From positions 148,786 to 212,785 of the forward strand of contig VRVR01000013.1 in the NCBI GenBank assembly GCA_009859145.1: a stretch of 64,000 bases of DNA, given 5' to 3'. A model generated the notes under the pieces. The model saw only the letters and a list, made by a program, of their open reading frames with translations, had not been told where the DNA came from and ran no database searches. This stretch comes from Andalucia godoyi And28 (taxonomy: Eukaryota; Protista; Jakobida). Position numbers and translations under genes: made by a program. Shown piece after piece: positions 39,999 to 53,995 of the stretch. Every line of letters begins with the position of its first letter. The stretch's first letter is position 1.

Positions 39999-40469
39999 AT
40001 GAGCGGCGGCCGGATTGCATGCTTGGATGTTGGGCTGCGGCGCATTGGGATTGCAATGTCGACACCGGATGCAAGGATCGCACTTCCGCACGCGATTCTG
40101 ACGATTCCAAGAGCAAGCGCAGGAGCAAGAGGAAGCGCAGCGCAGTTTGCGGCACGACACGTGGAGACGGTGTTTCAGACAAAGAACGTGTTTCGCTGTG
40201 TGGTTGGAGATCCCATCAATGCCCAAAATGGTGCAATGTCGAGACACGTGCACGCCACCGTGGACGCCATGCGCTGCGCTTCCCAATTCCTGGCGCATCG
40301 TGTCGAATGGGTGTTTTGGGACGAGCGGTTCTCGTCGGTGCAAGCAGACCGAATTGTCACTGCGGTGGGAAAAGACATTCGCAATCACCACAATGACGAT
40401 GTGGCCGCCAGTCTCGTGCTCGATTCTTATCTCCAGTTCCTCGTGACCACGTCCCACGTGAAATCGTAA
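39999..40469 (+). CDS. yqgF: YqgF/RuvX-family RNase H-fold nuclease (pre-16S rRNA maturation/putative resolvase)
   Basis: LDVGLRRIGIAMS, VVGDP, WDERFSS and DDVAASLVLDSYL motifs. Confidence 0.9.
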   Translation: MSGGRIACLDVGLRRIGIAMSTPDARIALPHAILTIPRASAGARGSAAQFAARHVETVFQTKNVFRCVVGDPINAQNGAMSRHVHATVDAMRCASQFLAHRVEWVFWDERFSSVQADRIVTAVGKDIRNHHNDDVAASLVLDSYLQFLVTTSHVKS

Positions 40470-40649
40470 CAAATCGCAGTGTATCACAAAACAAAAAAAC
40501 CAGTCCTCTATTTTTCTTTTTTTCTGATGCTGAACGATTTACATACAAAGGGGAGAAAACAACGGAAAACCAAATCGAAAAAAAAATAATTTCTTCTTCT
40601 TTTCGTATTTTTCTTCTCGGAAGAGAAAAGGAAAAAAAAGAAAACCTGC

Positions 40650-42362
<1,713 letters not shown>

Positions 42363-42646
42363 CTAATTGGGGCTTCATTGATGCTACCCGACGTTTCTTT
42401 CCAGCGGGCTTTTCTTTCGTGCAGCGTGCACGATATCGCTTGCACGCCTATCATTCTCAGAGGAGCTTTCTTATGACGTCTTCGTCTGGCGTCTTTTGTG
42501 CATTGCTTTTGAATTGTTTGTATATTCTTCTTCCTCTTTCTTTCTTCTTGCTGCGTGTGATGGACAAAGATTCCCTGTTAGCCTGAAAGAAATTCATGAC
42601 GAACAGATTTTTTATTTAAAACTGATGCAGCCACAATACACATACA

Positions 42647-42684
<38 letters not shown>

Positions 42685-42840
42685 CAGAAATCTATCTTTT
42701 TCATTTGAATTGCAGAAGAGGGGCGCCTTGATATAGAATTAAAAAACGAAGCAACCAATCCTGGCGTGTTTTCTGAACGGTTAACCCGCTTTATGTATCA
42801 ATGTATCAATGTTGAACATCAAACAATATCATACCAGAAG

Positions 42841-43146
42841 TTTTTCTATTGAACCCTCAAGCAGCACCTCCTCGTCAGAGACAAAAACATCGCATGGCTC
42901 CAAAGAGGGGTCTTCCCAACAAACTCAAACTGGCCATGCGAGAACCAAGAAACCCGTTGATGCCCTCTCGTCGGAGGCGAAGAGTAAGATGAAGAAGCGA
43001 AGCGATGACCCTTTGATGCAGAGCAATCTGCATGGAAGAGTTGGTCCTAATTAAAGAAGCAGAGCAAAACATGCGGCTTGGACCTGTCTTCGGTGACACC
43101 TAGCCGATGATGATCAATCATGATTCATGTCTTTTTTTTGGCGAGC
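42841..43146 (+). repeat. 306-bp dispersed element, copy A (inverted relative to copy B)
   Basis: Reverse complement of 56140-56445 with one mismatch by manual comparison; ends in T8-GGCGAGC. Confidence 0.92.
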
Positions 43147-43278
43147 GGTAAGTGAAACACAGTAATGGGTATCTCTGCACGCATGCGAAAGACTTTCATT
43201 TTACCAATGCTGTAATGCTGCTGCGACTACTGGTACTAGTACTAGAATCAGTGTTAAAAACTACTACTACTGCTGCTA

Positions 43279-45057
43279 CTACTTCTTCTTCTTCTTGTCG
43301 TCGCCTTTGCCTTTGCCTTTGCCCTTGCCCTTCTTCTTTGACGCCTTCTTCCTGCTTGTATAACCCCGCCATGCCACCTGGATGGTGCTCGCTGCATTTT
43401 CTCGCTGCTCGCTGCGCTTTCTCTCTGCTTCCAACTCGGCAGCAATTCTGGCCTCTTCTTGTCTCTCCGCTTCCTGGGCAACCTCTTCCGCATACCGCGT
43501 CTCCATCTCCTGCAGCCTTGCAACTTGCGCTTCCCGTTCCTTGTTGCGGTACTCCAGATCTCGCTCCATGTCTGCGGTTTCGGCATCATATCGCTCATTC
43601 CAACGATCCAGCAAGGAACGAGCTTCTGTATTCCGCTTGTCCAAGAACTCTGCCAGCGTAGCATGCGCCCTCTGTTCCATTCCTAGTTCAATCTCGAGTC
43701 TTTCCAATCGCTGCTGATACTCAGTGGCCTGCAGAGCTTGTGCGCGGGCCGATGCTACGTGCTTGGCATCCAACTCGCGAGAGAGCTTCTCATTTTCAAC
43801 TCGTAGCGCCAGCATGACCTGCGCAACTTGTCGCCTGAGATTCTCCATTTTGGTCTGACGATCACGAATGTTGGTGGCTCGCTCCGACGCTTCTCGGTCC
43901 ATCTTCGCTCTCAAATCCTTAAGTTCCCGCTGGACAGCTTTTTCTCTCTCAACAACTTCGAGTGCCCAATCGTGCCGTGCTGCAGCATCATGAACTCGCT
44001 TCGCAAACGTCTCAAACTGGACATCGCGAGGCGGAAGATCCGTCACCAAAGCACCTGCATTTCCACCAATCAGCAAACTGCTGTGGCGCTGCCGCCCCTG
44101 CGAAGAAGCAGCATTTGCAGACCCTTGGTTGTGGGAAGTAGCAGACAACGGACCGGGGGAACTCACACCGGGAGAAGACAGCGACAGAGACATGTTGCTA
44201 GCAGGCGGTGGTGTGCCTGCTATGGCAGTCGCATCCAGGGACATCGAGCTTGCAGATGCATGGAAGCCCCCGCTGGATCCCCCGGCCGCATGATTACTTG
44301 CGGAATGCGGAGTGGTGCCACCTCCACGGATGGAAAGCTGCGGATGACCCGGAGCATTCTGGGGTGGAGTCGGGAGTGCACCTGCTAAATTTGTTGCAAT
44401 TTCGCGAAAACAAGCTTGCAGCACCGTCATGATATCTGCTCTTTCACGCGCAATCTTCTTTGCATTGTCTGCATCATCCGGAGTTTCTCGTAAAGACCGA
44501 CAAAGCTTCTTGGTGATCACCTTGAGATCGGACTGTGCAGTCTTCAATTCGACTTCCTGCTCCGCAGTGAACCCCACTCGCTGTGCAGAGCCCAGCTTGC
44601 TTTTCCCCGCACCACCGGCTCCCTTCACATCCTCCATTGGAAGCTTCTGGGCTTCTAACCGAGCCCGCAGCAACGATTCGTATCGATCCTGTGCTTGCTT
44701 CTGCTCCGCAAGCAGCCGGGCAATTGGAGCACCACCAACCGATCCGGTGGCATCCTCCGATGCATCAAGTGCTGTGTTGGCTGCGTTCGCTCCATGATTC
44801 CCTAGAAGAGAAGAAGTCGTCGAGAGCATGGACAGCAGCTGCAGTTTCTGCAATGCATCTTCCAGCACCGACGACACACGCGCAGCATCCGCAACGCCCA
44901 TTCGCGAAACACGCAGCGAAGGCAGTCGCGGACCTCCTGCTGCATTCACCGACAAATTCAGACTCAGCGCAGAAGAACTCGGGCCATTCGAAGGACTCGT
45001 GGGAGACATTGGAAGCGCCAACGACAATGGAGCTCGTAATCCCTGTGCAGACGCCAT
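43279..45057 (-). CDS. DRC10: IQ motif-containing protein D / dynein regulatory complex subunit 10
   Basis: Coiled coils; SDLKVITKKLCRSLR...KKIARER motif; C-terminal IQ motif TIQVAWRGY and KKGKGKGK tail. Confidence 0.8.
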   Translation of the reverse strand: MASAQGLRAPLSLALPMSPTSPSNGPSSSALSLNLSVNAAGGPRLPSLRVSRMGVADAARVSSVLEDALQKLQLLSMLSTTSSLLGNHGANAANTALDASEDATGSVGGAPIARLLAEQKQAQDRYESLLRARLEAQKLPMEDVKGAGGAGKSKLGSAQRVGFTAEQEVELKTAQSDLKVITKKLCRSLRETPDDADNAKKIARERADIMTVLQACFREIATNLAGALPTPPQNAPGHPQLSIRGGGTTPHSASNHAAGGSSGGFHASASSMSLDATAIAGTPPPASNMSLSLSSPGVSSPGPLSATSHNQGSANAASSQGRQRHSSLLIGGNAGALVTDLPPRDVQFETFAKRVHDAAARHDWALEVVEREKAVQRELKDLRAKMDREASERATNIRDRQTKMENLRRQVAQVMLALRVENEKLSRELDAKHVASARAQALQATEYQQRLERLEIELGMEQRAHATLAEFLDKRNTEARSLLDRWNERYDAETADMERDLEYRNKEREAQVARLQEMETRYAEEVAQEAERQEEARIAAELEAERKRSEQRENAASTIQVAWRGYTSRKKASKKKGKGKGKGKGDDKKKKK

Positions 45058-45492
45058 TGCTCAAAATCAAAAACAAACTCAAAACCAAGGTTTCTCTTAA
45101 TTAATTCAGTGAATTGATCAATTTCCAAAACAAAAACAAAAAAGAAAAAAAAAGTGGATGTGTGTTGTGTGTGTGTGTGTGCGTGTGTTGTGTGCGTGTG
45201 TGTGTGCGTGTGCGTGTGCGCTGTGTAAGAAGGCTGATATACAGTATGTACGAAATGATGAACGACGATGAACGATGGAGATCGATGATAAACTATTCGT
45301 GATTGGGAAATGAGCGAGAAGAGGCCGAGGAGAAAAAAAACAGAGGAATTTGAAAGGATACTCTCGTTTTTTATCGAGGGTTTTTATGAGAAGGGAAAAA
45401 CGGTTTCCTTTCAGCCAGCTTCAGGCTGTGGGGAAAATGCACGGAAGCAATTGCAGGATTGCAAGGAGGGAGGAGGGAAACCATTACGACGG

Positions 45493-48400
45493 CTAGTTCT
45501 GCTCGGTCAAGGTCGAGAAGTCGATGCCCAAGTTTGCACAGCGAGCGTCGGAGCCAACGAGAGCGTTGTAGGCGGCCGCATTTTTCGGGAATGCTTCAAT
45601 GTCCGAACGCTCCCATCCATCATAGTTGTTTGCGCTCTGGCCAATCGGTCCCGGGATTGTCTCGTCAACGTAATTTTTGAACGTGGCGTCCGTGGATCCA
45701 ACATTTCCGCCGTTGTAATTGTAGTAGATCACAGGAGCGGTGCGCAGAGGGAACGCTGCTCCGCCAAAGTGTGTCGCAGCGGGATCGTCTACATCTCCAA
45801 CAATCGACTTCCATCGGGGAAAGTCTGTCATGATGCCAACTTCCATACATCTGGGATATGCACCGCTGCTCTTGCCGTCCAATAACCCCTTGAGCGTCAT
45901 AAGTCCTGCATAGTTGTTTGCTTGACTGGAAGACCACCCCACCGCATTCAGCACTCTGATGTAGCATTTCATAAGAGGAATCTGTGGCGCTGCATTTGCT
46001 GCATTTTCAAACATTGAAAACGCCGCAGTAAACTGAGCAGTCACGGCTGCATTGACGCTTGCTTCAGTTGTCAGTCCGCTGACACTTGGTTCGAAAATAC
46101 CAATAATCTTCGATTTGTCATATCCAGCAAAAATAGCGTCTCTGATCATGTCAACCGCGGAAGACGACCGAGAACCCACGTTGTTTACGCCCCCTGGGAC
46201 AACAATGTCCACAAACAGATAGTCTTGTGACGCAGAGAGGCAGTTCGACACGGGGTCTTTGTGGAAGGACATGTCGAAAGAATCGAACAGGCTTCTCGTT
46301 CGCACTTGTGTCGAGATGGAAATTCCATACCCATGGTGAACATCGCAAGTGAACTTTGTGTGTTTCGAATATGCCTTGGGAGCCCCCGGAGGTGTGAAGG
46401 ACACGAACTGAACATTGGTGCACGTGATCGGAGAGCAATCGCTTTGTCCGGGGATGCAGTGATCGGAAGACGTTGCTGCCGACGCGGACTCTGTGTTTGT
46501 CAGGGTGACACTGACTTCCGCCGGCAATTTTCCAAAGTGGTCTCCAGTAATTGTGAGCGTTGTTCCCTCCGTCGAACAAAAGTCTCCGTTCGCAAAATCT
46601 GATCTCGAAGAGCAGTTGAAATAACGGATGTCGGGGGCCACGTAGCTGAAGCTTCCACTTTGCGTCATCGTCTGCGAACCAACGGAGACGAAGATATCCT
46701 GATTAATGCCCGTATTTTCCGGCGCGGAGCAAATGACTGTGTGGTGATCAGCGGGATAGTTGGTGGGGGCTCGCGACGCAAACGTGCAGTCCTTTCCATC
46801 AATCTTGAGTACTAGCGCTTCATCGGATCGTCCGAAATTGTGTCCAGACACAGTTACCGTCGTATCGTGCGTGCCGCAAGTGGCAGTTGCGATAGATCCT
46901 CCGTTCCACGCATCGTAGTAGTTGCACACATGAGATACGATCGAAGGCGCTGTGTACGTAAATGTAGTCTGCGGAGACGACACATCGACCTGGCCACCGA
47001 TTTTCAGCTGCATGGGCAGCGAGGCCCCTGCTTGAATCGGGGTGCGGCAGGCGACCTTCACATGAAGGCTGCCAGACACGGGTTCGGCATAATCAGCAGT
47101 ATTGCCACTCGGATCGATAACCATCCAGTTCGGACTGTGGTCGGCATCACAGTATAAAGACCCAATCGAAAACAAATCGACGTCATCGCGAATGGAACCG
47201 AAGTTCACTCCAGAAACAGTAATTGTGTTGCTATCCGTTTCGCAGTTGGAAGAAGATCCTGACAATCCTGCAGATGAGCAGAGATGGCTGTCGATGCGAG
47301 GAGGTGCAAAGGAAAACGATGCAGCCTTTGAAAACGCGTACGTGTCCGTGCGCGTTATCAAAGTCGCGACGGATGTTCCAACCCCATGGAACGTTGCCGG
47401 ATCACAAAATACCGTTCGGTGCTTGAAGTCGTTTGATTGCTGATCGTGGACACAGGTCGGAGAAGTGGAAAGGCTCCATCTTCCTGAGCGAGACAATGAA
47501 ACAACACTGCCAGCGCTGCCAAAATCATCTCCAAAGATCGTCAAGGTGTCTCCGGTTGTTCGGCATAGTTTTCCGGGAGCATCCGCTGGAGGGCCTCCAG
47601 CGCTGTCAAATCCATTTGCAGAATGGTGGTTGAAAGCCTGCGCACCTCCACAGTAAACGTCCTTTATAAACGGGCTTCGGTACGCAAACCCATTGCTCAG
47701 TCGGGCCGTCTGTCCACCAACGGTAATGTCCAAGTTCATAATGCTACCCATGCTGTTGGAAAGCTCCGGCAACCTGCAAGTCACAATCTGATGACGTGCG
47801 GATCCAGTGTCCGGGGACAGGCGAGCGTACGTGGAATGGCAGCTCGTTTCGCCGCCTGCATTGCCCGCATCTCCACCGATCGAGAGAGTCTGCACGTGAT
47901 CCAGATCCCAACCAAAGTTTTCCCCACGGAATGTTATCGAAGACGAACCGTCTGTCCGGCAGTACGCATTCCCAGGACTGGCTTCGGATCCGGACCCCTG
48001 GAGTTCCGCTAAACCATTCGAGCCCGTGGAACACCAGAATTTCGAAATGGTCGGAGGTCGAAAACTGAAGGCGTCTGGCAAGGTGTGGACGGCAGTGTCG
48101 CCCCTTGTCAGGGTAACATCGATGTTGGTCGACACAGCCTCCAGACTCGTGCAAACCAAACCGAAATGCCGGTTTGTTCCGGAAAGAGCAATGCACGATG
48201 TTGGATGACGGACGTTAAAGGTGCCGGCATCTATGGTGACCTTCGGATCCAGTGCGTTTGGCAAAAACTTTCCAAAATTCTTGCCAGTTATCGTCAGTGC
48301 ATCCCCGAATGTTGAGCACAGGTTAATTCCACCTTCCTGCACACATCGAGCAGAGGAAATAATTGGAGCAGCATATGAGAAACTTGCCGCAGAAGATTCT

Positions 48401-51400
48401 GCTTGGTTTCCAACCGTCATTTGTAAAGTGTTGGTGCCGTACTCCGGGCCTTCTGGAAGGATGCATTGAAACGTATCGTCATCAATCCAAACAGCGGATC
48501 CTGTGCAGGGATTCCTGGTGCCCGCATTTCCAACAGATACGCTGTCCAAATTGTGAAGCACATGCGGGAAATTCGTACCAGTTAGCGTGAGTGTTGCGGT
48601 CCCATCGGTAGCGCAATCATTGTCATATTGTCGGGCAACATCCACACTGCATGAGTAAGCAGTGATGGCCGGTGGGATATACGAAAACGATGTCTTGCAG
48701 CAATGACCAAACATTGTTAGTGCACATACTCACACACAGAGACACTTGCATACACACCTGCGCATGTGCACAGACGGACGTGGCAAAAAAAATGGCGACG
48801 CTGATCAGAACAAGAAAACATACAGAAACAGTCTGGGAATCTGCTCGCGTAAACTGAACATCAATATTCGTCCCAGCACCCTTAAAGTTGGAACAGTAGA
48901 TCGTTGTGTGGGCGGAAGCGACGTAGCAGTTGTGCCCAGAAGAAGTGGGAACTGCGCTTCCGGGAAACACCGGACTCAGTTGGGTGTACGTCTTTGGGAC
49001 TGTGCCGGGATCAGACAGATCGATTTTTGGAGCATACTTCCCGAAATTCGTTCCAACAATAGTAATCGTGTCAAGGTGCGTTTTGCAGAGACTGCCCGTC
49101 GAACACGATATGCTTGCGATGGTCGGTTCTAGAGAATCATACAGAATTCATTATTAAGCAAGCAGAGAAATAGAACAACAACAACAACAACAACAACACG
49201 AGAAAAAAGAGAGAGAAAAGAAAAAAAAGAGAATGGAGTGACGAAGCATAAACATTAATATTAAAAAAAAGAACACTCGACATCAAAAACAAAACAAAAA
49301 AAACAAAAAAACATACCTGCATAATGGAAAGATGGCACGGTACCCACGAGATCCTGGTTCCCTATTCGAAGTTCGACAGTGTTTTTCTCGCTGGCATCCA
49401 CAGAAACGCCCTCTGGTAGACTGCAAACAATTTTGCTGTGGGAGGACAACGTGGCCGTAACCGCTGCTATCGGCAGACAGTTCACGGATCCAATCTTCAG
49501 GTATTGCACATTTGTCGCAAGCTGCGGCCCAAAGTTGTCCCCCTCAAACGTAATGGTTGCAGAACCGTCTGTTCTGCACTCCGCATTCTTTTTGGTCATG
49601 ACATCGGACGATCCACTGGCAGAAGTACAAGAGTACTTGGAAAGAGAAGGAGCAATGAAGCTGAACGCCGCGGGCAGCGTTGTCTGCGTCCGAGCGTTGT
49701 CATCCTCGTACGCCCTTTCGTACTTGATAATCACATTCTGCCCTACACCAGTGAAACCGGAGCACTTGACGGTAGCATGGCCGGAAGACACAATGCACGA
49801 AGGAGAAACAGAACCAACGAAGGAAGACGGAAGTGTCAGCGACACCGTCGGTGCGGATTGTCCAAAATTCTTGCCTGTCAGTGTAACCGTATCTCCAGTG
49901 GTTTTGCACAGACCACCAGAGTTGGAGCAGGACGCAGTCTGCAGCGTGACCGCTGCATAGTCAAAATCAATCACACTGGACACCTGCGCCCCCACAGAGA
50001 TTTGCAAATCATTCACTGCTTGAGGACCTTCTGGAAGTGTGCACGTGAGCGACGTGTGACTGACGAGCGCCGCAGAGCTCAGACAGTCGACTCCACCGAC
50101 TCTGACATAGTCAACACTCCCGAGCGTCTGTGAAAACTCCTTGCCTGTCAAGGTTAGTACCGAGGAGCCTGCGGTTCCGCATTCCGGGGAGCACGCATAC
50201 GATGTAATCTCTGGTACCCTGAATGAAAACGCGCTTGACAGAACCGCCGACTTCGCATCAAATCCATTCTGCGTAAACTCAATGCCTATCCCGGTGGATG
50301 CGCCCGTGAATCCTGAGCACTCGATGGTTGTGTGACCAGCAGTACAAGACGTTGGACTGACCGTTGCGTACGTTGCATGAGAAAGAATCAGCGACCCAGC
50401 AGTGTTGCCAAAGTTCTTCCCCACAACAGTCAGTACATCCCCCGATGTCTTGCAAGTGCCACCGTTGCAGGCTGCAGATGTTATCGCCGGACTCTCGTAA
50501 TGGAATGCAACGCCGGACGATGTCTGTCCTCCCACTTGAATTGTAATATCTGCTGTTGAAGGACCTATCCCTGCGGGCAAAACAGCGCGAACCTGTGTCG
50601 AAGAGTCAAAGTACAATGTTCCGGCAAGACTGCCTTGAACAGATACGCTGTCAACGTGAGCCAGAGACGTTCCCAAGTTCGTCCCAACGATCGTTACTAC
50701 GTCTCCGCCATCCGTCCTGCAGTTTGTACTGTCTGTTGCGGTATTTCCATTGCAACTCCACAACGAAATCGATGGTGGAATGAACGAAAATGCGTCTGCC
50801 AGACTACTGGATTGCTGAGGACTTTCGTACGATCGAGTGAGCGTGACGTCAACCAAAGTCCCCACGCCTTTGAAGCCCTGGCAAATCGCCTGCGTGTGGG
50901 AGGGCACTGTGCATGAAGTCGGGTTTACAGCGGCATACGGTGAAGGCAACGAAATGGCCACAGTTGGAGCAGAAATCCCAAAATTGCTCCCGATAATGGT
51001 AAGTGCGTCTCCTTCAACAAGACACGGACTACCACTGCTGCCACAATATGCACCAGTCACTGTGGGAGGTGCATAGTTGAAGTTTCTCGTCGCAAATTGT
51101 GACCCAACGGTGAGCTGAAAAAGGAAAAATAAATTAGTTTGGTTGTCAATGATAACTGGAACACCTCTTAAATCTCAAAAAAAAAAAACGCCATACAGTA
51201 AGAGTGTTCTGCCCATTGGCGGGGCCTGCTGGGAGCGTACACGAAAACTCTGTGTCGGAAGTTACTAAAGCTGCGGATGCTGTGCAGGATACTCCGCCAA
51301 CAGTCATTGCATTGATGTTCGCCAAAGTGTGCCCTAAATTGGTTCCGGTCACCGTTACAGTGGCCGTCCCATCGGTAGAGCATTCTGGAGCGCAAGTGTG

Positions 51401-53995
51401 GGAAGTAAGAGAAGGGCCAGTGAACGTCATTGTCGAGGATGCCGACGCACTATCTCTTGTGCGAACAAACGAGACGGTGACAAGCGTACCGGCTCCTCTA
51501 AAGCCACTGCACACAATGGAGCTATGGCTGGAAGTGCAAGACTGGGGATTGACGAACGTGATTCCGGCTTTCGACAGACTGAATGTTCCGGTCGCCAGTC
51601 CGAAATTCGCCCCGGTAATCGTAACTGCATCTCCGGACGTTGAGCATGACCCGCCGTTGCAAGTCGCGGAAGTAATGCTGGGACCATCGTAGGCAAAATC
51701 GATGGGGCTCGACGTCTGCCCACCACTGTGATCGAAATCTTACGGGTCCCCGCCCCTGGTCCTTCTGGTAAAGACATGGAGATTGCGCTGGCAGAGTATG
51801 CCACCACATTTGCAGTCTCTTCGTGCACAGATCCTTGTGAAGAATGAGAAGATGTGTAGCCAAAGTTCTTCCCGGAAATATGGACTTGCGCTGTGCCAGC
51901 CGTGGAGCAACCGGCAGACGATGTGGAACTTGGAGAAGTTGTTGTGCATGAATAGAATGTGATGGTGGGAGGCGTGTATGAAAATGTCGTCTAATGCAAA
52001 AAAGAAGAAGAAGAAGAAGAAGAAGAAGAAGAAGAAGAAGAAGAAGAAGAAGAAGAAGAAGAAGAGGTGAGCATCAAAAACCAGTCAGCATGATCGGGGG
52101 GGAGGTGGAGTGAGAGGGAAAGAAGAGAAGAGTGGACATACGGATGCTGAAATGCCGTCGCTGCGCGTGAACTCGGCGTTAACACCGGTTCCAGCACCTT
52201 TGAAATTGGAACAGGTGATCACGGAATGCGAGGCAACAGTACAATCTCCAGAACCAGCGTACGAAGTAAATCCGGGACTTTGTTGCGTGAACGTCCCGGA
52301 AAGTACTATCTTTGGTGTCTTGGGTCCAAAATTCTTTCCGGAGATTGTCAAAACGTCGCCAGTAGTAGCGCAGGTCGCGGAGGAACCGGTGCAGGTGAGG
52401 GATGTTATACCAGGGTTTGCATAGTAAAACCCAATTGTATTGGACCCCTGGCCCCCCACGGTGACTGACAATGCATGATAACCACTCTGTCCATCGACTA
52501 GCGGTCCAGCTGGCAGACTGCACGATATCGTCGAATGGCCGCTAACGGCGAGGCCGGACGAGCAAGACGTTCCACCAAGAGAAACAGCAATGTTCGCGGA
52601 GTTGGGTCCAAAATTAGAACCGGCAATACTCACAGTATGTCCGGTGCCGACCGTGGAACACTCAGAACTCGGTCCGGAACATGAAAAGGAGCTCACAGTC
52701 GGAGCAACGAATGAGAAAGCCGCGGCCTTGGAGACCGTCTTCGTGTCAAAGCGTTGGAATGTTATTCCGGCAGTTCCGACCCCCTGGAATCCTGTGCAGG
52801 ATGCCTGTGTGTGAGAGGAGCTCGTGCAGACACCACTTACAGCTCCAGTTCCTGCTGTCGTCAGCGAGAGGGTGTGACCGCTCCCCAGTCCAAGATTTGT
52901 ACCTGTGATTTCAAGGGTTCCGCCCCCGGTCGGACAACCGCCGGAACAAGACGCTGATGTTATGGTGGGACTCCGATAGTAAAAAGCTGTTCCAAAAGTG
53001 GCTGACTGCGATCCTATGTACAACGACAGCGTAGTTGTAGATGATGAAACAAGCTCGGGTAGTGAAGCAACGATCGTTGTCGTCGACGTCAATGACTGCA
53101 CAGCTCCGGCTTGTCCACCAACACTGACCTTGGAGCAGGTCGCCTGGTTGGACACACAGATTGCAGCAATGTCATTTCCGAAGTTGGATCCCGATATGGT
53201 GATGGGGACTGATCCGTCTGTCGGACAAGTAGTTCCTGAACACGAAAATGAAGATATAGCGGGCGCTGCCCAAGAAAAGGCTGTGGAAGAAGTGACACTC
53301 TGACTATAGTATCCAGCCCTCGTTACTGTGGCAGTCACCCCAGTGCCCTGTCCTCTCGCACTGGTGCACGACATCGAAGTATGAGTGTTCGAGCAAGTTC
53401 CAGAAACATGGGTTCCAAAACCGTTCAAGGTCAGTGCCGCAGACGGTCCAAAATTGGTGCCGGCCACAACTATGGTGGCTCCACTCGTTGAGCAGGGCGC
53501 AGTGCAGGAAAGAGAAGTAATTGTGGGGTTTGGAAATGCGGGGAAGGTTGCTGAAGCGCTGACTGAAGTCGATGTGTACATCACTGACATCGTCATGTAT
53601 ATAATGAATTCGTTGTTGATACCGTTGTTCCAGATGGTCGTGGAATACGAAAAGTACAGAACATTCGACGAAGCTCTGTAACAAGTATACGACACAGAAC
53701 CGACCGCGCAGCTATACGTATTCAGATACCAGTTCGCATCGTCGAAACTGGACGTTAAGTACACCGTTCCGGAACTTGTCGTGCAAGAAACGCACGAAAC
53801 GCTCATGGTTACGGTCTCGCAGTTCCCTCCGTACGTTCCATACGGGCAAACGCACGTTTGTGAGTTCAAATAATCGCAGTAGCCTCCTATGTTGTCGTTG
53901 CACTCTGAGTCAAACGAGCAAGCCACAGCGAAGCGCAGCAGCTGCGAAAGCAGAAGGAGGCCCCAGACCAGGCAGCTAACATGCAGACTCCGCAT
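45493..53995 (-). CDS. Giant secreted protein (~2650 aa): signal peptide, EGF-like module, ~22 IPT/TIG-like repeats, C-terminal GH25 lysozyme-like domain
   Basis: Exons 53995-52142, 51990-51197, 51114-49317, 49128-48824 and 48693-45493, all with GTATG donors and AG acceptors. A one-base deficit at ~51723 must be corrected to keep frame. Recurrent GxNFG and FxYxxP motifs. Confidence 0.8.
52004..52063. repeat. (GAA)n trinucleotide tract in intron 1 of the giant gene
   Basis: Read directly. Confidence 0.95.

Noticed and set aside
42841-43146. 306-bp element as U3, SRP, RNase P/MRP, telomerase RNA or spliceosomal snRNA
   Set aside because: Required motifs (U3 boxes A'/C/D in order, SRP helix 8, P4 CR-I/CR-V, U2 GUAGUA, U6 ACAGAGA, telomeric template) were not found by eye; left unclassified.
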